A stretch of DNA of 64,000 nucleotides from Trichoplax adhaerens (lineage: Eukaryota; Animalia; Placozoa). The notes beneath the pieces were generated by a model. It saw only the letters and a list, made by a program, of their open reading frames with translations. It did not search any database and was not told where the DNA came from. Shown in pieces: positions 55,349 through 64,000 of this stretch (the first letter of the stretch is position 1; each line of letters begins with the position of its first letter). The stretch lies in contig NW_002060966.1 of assembly GCF_000150275.1 (NCBI RefSeq), positions 14,415 through 78,414 of the forward strand, in the 5' to 3' direction. Made by a program: the position numbers and the translations under genes.

Positions 55349-56691
55349 TTCTGATAAGTAGCACCGGTATATCAAGAATTAATTTCTGTAATATAGTTTA
55401 AAGATATAAGATAGCAAGTATGATTATCTTATAAATTTCAAAATTATTACCGATAAAACTTTATCGTTATACTGTAGAAGCAAATTAAGTAAAATTTTTT
55501 TGTAATTCTTAAAATTAGTAACCAGTCTCTTGTTTTCTTGACAGAGTAACGTCTGTAATCTTAGTCTACCTTAACTCGTTTCGTTCTAATCTCTCTCGGC
55601 CTAGCTTTACGAGATGATTAATTTGCCTATATCGGTCAGTATTTCGGCTACTGGAATGGTTGAATAACAACTTTAACTTTGAATAATGATTTTGATAGAT
55701 AAATGTCTGCATATTTTTACTATGCAATAAAGTAGCTAAATCAAATTAATATTATTTAATTCTTACTGTTTCCTGCTGCTTTCGGCTCTTTCAAGAAAAA
55801 TTTTCAATCTATTACTGTAGGCGGTATTGAAGAAAATTTCTAACCTTAATCTTTAGGCATAAATATAATCACAAAATGAGTAACTCAGTTATAGTTATAC
55901 ATTCTAGGGCATATAGAAAAGTTATCCGCGCAAATTGCTAGTTGCTTTATTGATGCTTATTTTTCGGAAATAAAGATTTCTGTCGAAGTGTTATTTTAAT
56001 TGTGCCTTACATTCGAAAACCTATAGAAAGCGCTATTCACGTAAGTTATAAATTTTGTTTGACGTTGCTCATTTCTCTGCATTATATTAACAATAAAAAA
56101 TCTCTTGAAATAATGTAACTATAGTTTTTTATTCTGTAGTCTATCCCAAATAAACTACAGTGCCTACTATAGTTATCATGAATTATAGATATAATATGGA
56201 ATGTTGAACATTGCTCAATTAGCAAAATCTCAAATATCGAAAGTGTTTAGCAGCTGCCGGTACATTTTATTGTTCTCATGCATTATGGAATAAAATGTAA
56301 AGCCGCCATAATCTTGTCAATTCGTGTGATAAATTGAAACATGTAATGATTGTAATTTCTTATCAATAATCTATTAGAAACAATATTATTGAAACTGCTA
56401 TCGTAGTAGATATATAAATCTAAGCGTAAATATGATCTATAGAGTTAGTGAAGACCTTACAATAGGATTTACAAATAGATCTATTCGATTTTAGAAAATA
56501 GGTACCGGTATTTTCAGATCTGCTAATAAAGGTTAACGAATTAGGGCGCTATTTTAATCTGTACATGGTCGATAAAAGCATTCTAGTGGCGTTTTACGAT
56601 GAAGCTATACAATATACTAAGTTAAGAGAAAATAAATTTTGATTTTTTTAAGATCGTCAGAGGCGATGAACACAATTTCTCTTTATGGTAT

Positions 56692-57309
56692 TGTTACGCA
56701 GCCATGCTCCGAAATATTAATTGCTATGTTAATTAAAACATCTCAATTAAATTATTGTTTGCTCCAGTATCTTATTAGAAATTAATGTTTATTAATAAGT
56801 ACTTGTTATTGCCAAGGTATCAGAAAGTTCAATATTGTTGACGTGTCGGAGCTAACACGCTTAGTCAGTAAACATTAATTAATAACACCTTAAGTGTAAG
56901 GTGCAATTACTTTGCAGAGCCTTGAGGCTCTAGTTGCTATACTAGGATATGTATACTGTACAGTGTAAATCGCTATGTCAAGAATATTCAAAAGTGTACC
57001 ATCGATGTTGGCCGAGACTATAAAAAGCCGAGTACTAGCTTAGCTGCTCAGTTTCAGTTAGTCACTTGCAGGATCTATTGACCATTATTGCTAAGAATAT
57101 TCTTACGTTTTTCTTTAGTACATTTTACGACTAAGTTTAGCGAAAATAGAGAGAAGTATTTAAACCTATTACTCATTAGTAGCTTCTTTGTGTAGCTAAG
57201 AGTTAGTTCAGCTACGATAGGACCCTAAGTTAGTTGGGAACACGAGTACTAGTGAAGATAGTGTTTAAGACCCGATTTCTTGTTACAAAAGAGATTTGGA
57301 TTTGTAACA
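56692..57309 (+). mobile_element. Family R4 copy (opposite orientation to the other two)
   Basis: Ends TGTTAC..GTAACA, flanks GGTAT/AGTAT (one mismatch). Confidence 0.85.
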
Positions 57310-60300
57310 AGTATCAATAAATCGAGTTATATCATAGGAGAAAATGGAAGCTTCATGAATATTGAAAGATAATAGATTGAATTAACACTAGATTTTACCT
57401 GACGTGCAGTTGAGAAAGATGTTGTTCGCATTATTAGTAAATTAGTCAACATGTTTTGGGAGAATTAAGGATTGAGAAAATTGTAAACACATAAAAAATA
57501 ATATGAGGCTAAAATTAAATTCTTCAGATTGCTTGTAAATTTTTGCTCCTCTAAAGGTTCGGGAACAAACTTTTTCAGGTAATTATACTTAATAAAATGT
57601 ATAACTCACAACGTTGTGTTGGTAAAATTTCTTAAAGATGTGTCTCTCATTGCACTTTTATAGACCAGAAATTGTACTGGTTAAAACTAAATTTATAATA
57701 TATTCTCCAATTTCAAGATAGCTTTGCCAAATGTTTTTAGCCGCCGACCTCATTCAAGAGATTACTGCACTTTATGAAAAAACTATAAAAGAAACAAAAA
57801 TTAGAACAATTTTATCATATTTTTTAGTCTATAGGAGGTAAATACAGTTAGTTGATCATGCTATTATTTACATCGCTTTAAATTACATTTAAAAGTAAGA
57901 CAATAACTTGGATTTAGAAAGTTCATGTATGGAGAAAATTTTTATCTAATTTTCTTAGATAACATCACTTAGAAGGCACTGATAATAAAAATACGCTAGA
58001 ATAGCCTATGCAGTCGCTTACTATTTATTACGAAATGATAGTACCGGTAGGTGATGGTTATTTGAAAAATCAAACATAAACTATCAGTATTATTTTAATG
58101 GATGGTTTTCAGCCGTTATTCTGAACTGAACAGTAGCTCGATATTGCTAATAATTAAGGCACTGTCGTATTAATATTCAATCTAGAAAGGGATCTGCTAC
58201 TGCCATTTCCTCATGATAAACAGATCGCTAGTATACCGAATGGTAGTTATCATTTGCAATATAGTTCAGCCTATCTGAAGCGCTTCCAGGTGTAGACTTC
58301 TTTCTTACTGTCATTTTAAAATCACGGTAAATAACGATATTACGAAAACAGATAGATTGTAATAGAATAATTGCTGTATCAATAAAATAAAAATAGTGAT
58401 CCATCAAAGAAAGAAAAATTCGGCATACTGTGTTGTAGTAAGTAATGTAATAAAACAGGACAGGCTTTATCGGAGACAATCATGATTGTTACAAAGTTTA
58501 AAATAGACCGAATTTTTTCTAGCATGTTGAGGGTTTCATTTATAATATGCGAAATTTATGATATAGAAAAGGTAAATGAAAGAGCTTATTAGTAAAACGA
58601 AGATTGTAGGCGAAATTAGTTTTTAAAGCTGAAATTTTAAGTCATAGTACTGTGTTTAATTACTTGTAGTGTGCCTTATATTGATTTGTAAGTTTATCTT
58701 TACCTAAAACATTCAGTCATGGAGCATTTATTATTTACCAGTAACATGACAACTACAGTGATAATGAAGACTGCGGTATACATTGCTGGAATAAGTTAAT
58801 TTTGCTTACTTTGATCTGCAAAACAGCGATTGTTACATACGTATTATCAAACGGTCGATCCCATACTATTCACATTGAGAAATGAAAATTCATACGTACG
58901 TGTTGGTCAATATAGCCATAAATGAGCAAAATACTGTGGGTTGATTTCTGCCTTTATTAAAACTGCAGTAGAAAAAACTTTTCGCAACTTACGATTAGCC
59001 TTTCAACATCGATCTTGCTGGCTTTACTACTTGTCTTATTCTATCTCAAAATATACCGCTTTTGTAAGCTTGACTAAGCTGCTAGCGGCAGTAAACTAAT
59101 TGATCTAGCTGCGAATAAGTCTGTTTACATCGCCAGCATAGGTAAACGGAGGATAATGGAAAGCCAAGAAGCCTAACATCCATACATAAGAACCTGAATA
59201 AGGCGGTCGATTTTAAATTATCTATTTTGATAAAGTAAACTAATTATTATTGTAGTCAGCAAGCACAAGGTTTTGTTATTGCAAGTATTTTCCATTCCAA
59301 ATCTAAATCTTTAAGCTGAGTTCTACTTCTACCTCATTTATCTCGTACAAAATATATTTGATTATTTCCATAACAGTTTTATTATAAAGTAAATTCTGAT
59401 ATGTGCTGTCCTAATTTGAGTAACATCAATGATTGCGATCATTTTTTAAGTGCAAATATTTGCAAACGAATATCATATTTCATTGTTTTTAGTTGGATAC
59501 ATTCATTTTGGAAGGTAACTTATCAGGAATTAACGTCCGCTAGATTTTTTTCAAGGCAATTATAATATCTGTAAACTGCTTCTCAGTAATATCAATGAGA
59601 AATCTGTCCAAGCATAGTCTTTCAAATTTTTTTAAATTTCAGTTGAGACTTTACTGAATAATGCATAACAGGTAGAATTCATATCATTCCAAAAATTAAT
59701 AGAGATTGATTTCATTTTAAATTTTAGTGAAAAGGAAGTAGACATGATAGTTTCATATTAAGCTTGGGTAGCAATAATGGTATGATAGTTATAATAAATA
59801 ATTGCATAATTATCAGTATCAAAGTATGATATCAGTTTATTGTACTATATTATTGATTACTACCCTAAAAAATAAAATTTTGTAGAGTTTAATTGTTAAA
59901 GATGAAGATGAAGGAGTAAAACATGGCGAACAATTGTCGTTAGGATAGTTGAATATTTCTTAATTTGCTTAGGCAATTTTTAAATTGTCAAGGCGTCGTG
60001 CAAATTATGGAATAATGTATAAGAATGAGAATAATGACATTTCAATTCTATATTACTCTCTAACAATTTTTTAAGACTTGCTCAGTCGCTAGATTTGAAG
60101 CTATTGTGCTATTTATAAATTGAAATATGTAATTTAAAGACCAAGCTACTGTAATCTAAACAAACTTTGATTGTACTTTCGTTGCTCTCTGATCAATTTA
60201 AGGGAATTATGACGAAAAGTAAAATTTGGGGAAACAATTGAACAACAATTTGTTCAAAAATGTGAGAAAAATAGCTCAAATAACCCTTCAAATACTCAAT

Positions 60301-60719
60301 TCTAAGTATCATAAGTTAAGAAATAAGAAAAAGACGATAGAACTAAACGATCAACCATCAAATAACCGTACATAAAGAAAAAAATTTTCACTTACAGCTA
60401 TTTAGCCTCGAACGCCTATAAAATTCAACAAGTTCTTCAAAAAAATCTTCTCGACTATTTACTCTAAATTTTCTGATTGCACTATCATTCTTAATCTTCG
60501 CAGAACCCTTAATGGTAATTAAAACTAACATTTACCAAACAATCATTCTTAGAATTAACTTAATGGTATAATCTTGCTGCAAATATAGTCTGGGCTGTTG
60601 CACCTGCAGTCTAAATTTTTTGTAATTGCTACTTATTTACAGTTATATGTAGTTATAGCATAGTATAGCTAAAAGGGTAACAGCGATCTTAAACTGTTAA
60701 TAAGAGATGAGTATTTGCT

Positions 60720-61302
60720 TGTTAAAAATCTTCTTCTTTGTAACAAGAAACCCGGTCTTAAACACTATCTTCACTAGTACTTGTGTTCCCAACTAACTTA
60801 GGGACGTATCGTAGTTGAACTAACTCTCAGCTACACAAAAAGTTACTATTGAGTAATAGGTTTAAATACTTTACTTTATTTTCGTTAACCTTAGTCGTAA
60901 AATGTACTAAAGAAAACGTAAGAATATTCTTAGCAATAATAGTCAAAAGATCCTGTAAATGACTAACTAGAACTGAGAAGCTAAGCTAGTGCTCCGCTTT
61001 TTATAGTCTCGCCGATGGTACACTTGTGAATATTCTTGAAATAGCGGCTTACACTGTACAGTATACATATCCTAGTATAGCAACTAGAGCTTCAAGGCTC
61101 TGCAAAGTAATTGATCTTACAGTTAAGGTGTTATTAATTAACGTTTACAGACTAAACGTGTTAGCTCCGACATGTCAAGAATATTGAACAAGTACTTATG
61201 AATAAACATTAATATCTAATAAGCTACTGGAGCAAACAATAATTTAAATGAGATATTTTAATTAACTTAGCAATTAATATTTCGGAGCATGGTTCCGTAA
61301 CA
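60720..61302 (-). mobile_element. Family R4 copy
   Basis: Ends TGTTAA..GTAACA, TSD TTGCT. Confidence 0.88.
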
Positions 61303-61719
61303 TTGCTATAACTGCAAGTAAATATTACCAATGCGATTAAAATTATCTAGAAATATAGCTGGATTATGGTAAAGTTATGTACGGAATTGTATAGCACAAG
61401 CTTTATAATAAATGTAACTTTCCGTACTAGCTAAGTTGCATTTAAAGATTTATTACAAATAGATTGATTGCAAAATAGATACATATTTGGATAGCTTTAT
61501 AATACCCTATGACATTGTGAATTACATAACCCTTATATTCCACGTAATTCTAATTTTTTCAATTCATAAAATTTTTAAGACATGTAAAATAACTTGGTCC
61601 TTTACGTATATTTTAAGATTATAAACAAGAGATATAACTATAACAATCCTTAGTAAACTTAGGTTGATAATGATCACGTATAAAAATATGGGCGATATCA
61701 AGTGAGATTAACTATCGTA

Positions 61720-62352
61720 TGCTACAAAACAGCTTTGTCACAAGATAACGTAATGCACGATCAGTCAGTCAATTCCCTGAACCACGTATCAGGAAGCAGT
61801 ATCGACTCTTTCAGGAACACTTTTCCTACACTAGTAGACTACAAAAAGACTTGGATGCCTCGTATCTTACGTTAAACACTAATCATAAGAACTAACTTTA
61901 TTATACGATTTATTGCATTTATATACTCTTTTACAATAGCAAAGACGTCCTTGTTAGTAATATTAACATTGAAACCTGATAATGAATCAAAAGTTAATTT
62001 TATCTACAGCTACCTAATGAAGACAACAATATTTACAAATATAGACATCGAATGACTAATACAAAATTTCAGATACAATGTGTCCTATCACGGAACATTT
62101 CTACGATAATCTACAATCTACCATAAGTAAATTACAATCACAGTGATTTGAATTGTAAGAAGATTATTCTCGATTCTCTAATTAAACTACTAATTTCAGT
62201 AGGCTGTATATATCACTATAAAAGTTAGTGCTATATTTTAAATATCACATATCTAAATTAGAAACTCTTTATATAAGGGTAAATCAACAATATCATCCTA
62301 ACATAGATGTTTCTACTGTAATCTCGATATTACAGTGTGTAACTCCGTAGCA
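61720..62352 (-). mobile_element. Family R1 copy (inverted)
   Basis: Ends TGCTAC..GTAGCA, flanks TCGTA/TCATA (one mismatch); reverse complement of 3054-4129 without the nested insert. Confidence 0.85.
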
Positions 62353-62357
62353 TCATA

Positions 62358-62920
62358 AAAATATACTATTATTTGGAATACTAGACAATTGTATTCCAAG
62401 GCACATAGGGTTTAACACAGCGAGACCTTTAAAACTTACTAGAAAATTAATATCTAATTTATTGTTGGCCAACACGCCGTTAATATAGGTTTCGGTAAGT
62501 ATAACCGGTTTAACTACCCAAGTCACCTCGCTTATTAGAAATTAACCAAATTAATATCCTAAAGAGATTCTATCTGTTCAGATTAGATACAGTCTAGTCC
62601 TATTAAATTTACTGTAAGGGTATTAAGATAATCATTGCTTGTTAATAGTTCAATAGATACGTATAAAGCTATCCTACTAAGGCATTTCCTCTAAACTTAG
62701 GAATTGTACTTTGGACCTTAACAACTTTGGAGGTGATAGATACGATCAGTTAAGCAGGTTGTCAATTGCTATTTTAGTCTATCTAATCTTAAATTAAGGA
62801 TATCAACTGTTAATTACTAAAATTACAATTAAGGAGAGCGTAACACGTTACTGAGATATAAACATATATAGAACGTAACATAGAAATAAAGTATACGTTA
62901 CGGAGATTATATCCGTGGCA
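62358..62920 (-). mobile_element. Family R5 copy (inverted), left part probably split by the R1 insertion
   Basis: Reverse-complement match to about 47259-47810; ends GTGGCA. Confidence 0.8.
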
Positions 62921-63555
62921 CTCTTATGTAACTGAATCTGAAGACTAATTCGAAATATCGCAAATACTAAAATCTTAGTTATGTTATACTATCTTATCCG
63001 TTAGAACAAGCCATGGTCAAATGCAAAGATCCAATAATTATTCGATATAAAAAGCCATTTCGTTTTATCGTGCATGAGTTTCAAATAGTAATAGACAGAT
63101 TTTAGAACTCTTAAAAATGTTTGAGAATTCTTATGTAAATAAGCCGCAGCCAAAACAATAATATTCATTGATAGACTATGATTAGTGTTCGTGCCAACAT
63201 ATGGTTTGAACCTAGATGAGATTAATTTACGATAATGTCGCTGACAACAAAGCTGTTTATTTTATTATCAAAGACGCTTATCAAACAGTACGATTTTTGT
63301 CTCATATGAAATTGACTTTGAAGACTACCACAATTATGGAATATAGTTCAATACAAATCAAAGTTATTTTATTTTGGCATCCTTTTACAACACATTACAG
63401 TGCTTATTAACGTATCTAAAACTGTTTTATCTAATTGAAATTCTTCATTTTGCATTTAATATTCATATTAAAAATAGAAATTCCTATAATGGTTTATAAT
63501 TACAAGATTTATCGGTCAAGAAAGAATCAACTGGAACAAGAATCTAAAGTGATAT

Positions 63556-64000
63556 TGTCACAACCGAGTTTGCAACACAAAAATTAACAAGATTCTTTCC
63601 TCTAATGTAATCTTAATATCTAAGCAACTCTAAGCACTTTTCAATCTACCCAACTTAGATTCGAGTCTTAGACTATAGAATACTCATGTTAAGAATCAAA
63701 ACTTTGTTCTAAAAGCTATGTATTAAAATGACTGATTGATCTCACAACTTCCAATCTACTACTAACAACTGATAATCATCTGGTTATCGACTAATTTATT
63801 GGCTCTCTCAATTAAGAACTTTGAGGCTTTTATATAGCCTCACAAAATTCGTTAGTCCAAAAAAATGATAAATTGATAGCCAAGTCTACATACTGAATAT
63901 AGCAAGAATCACAACACACTTTCTATGACATTTAATAGTAGTCAATTAATAGCTAGGCGTTAACATATGATTTATTACTGAATAAAATTATGCCATTGAT
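63556..64000 (-). mobile_element. Probable further solo-LTR-like element, right end not delimited
   Basis: Starts TGTCACAA with a terminal hairpin (..TTGCAACA) and has a minus-strand TATA-like motif near 63830; no TSD or second copy seen. Confidence 0.4.

Noticed and set aside
59380-59720. Coding-like minus-strand stretch
   Set aside because: It has multiple stops and no recognisable motif, so it cannot be supported without a search.
3056-63410. Remaining 60-91 aa ORFs in the track
   Set aside because: They lie in introns, in repeats or antisense to exons and show no recognisable motifs; they look like chance ORFs.

Overview
This is AT-rich (roughly 30% GC by eye), intron-dense eukaryotic DNA. 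A placozoan (Trichoplax-like) origin is an inference from composition and gene type, not shown. The ORF track misses the main content. Reading GT..AG splice sites on the minus strand gives two tandem, exon-for-exon colinear genes for giant leucine-rich-repeat class A GPCRs (LGR-like). Each has 53 coding exons: signal peptide, LRRNT, 50 single-repeat phase-2/phase-2 exons (mostly 72 bp), and one hinge+7TM exon. Gene B (55348->25606) read open in every exon I translated (4944 nt, 1647 aa). Gene A (22434->beyond position 1) has one +1 frameshift, in exon 47. Introns and flanks hold about 18 delimited short (350-690 bp) non-coding insertions from at least 7 families. Most have TG..CA ends and 5-bp target-site duplications (solo-LTR-like), and some are nested. 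Most ends carry a terminal hairpin. No transposase, RT or integrase ORF and no RNA gene was seen. All coordinates were read by hand and may be off by a base or two.
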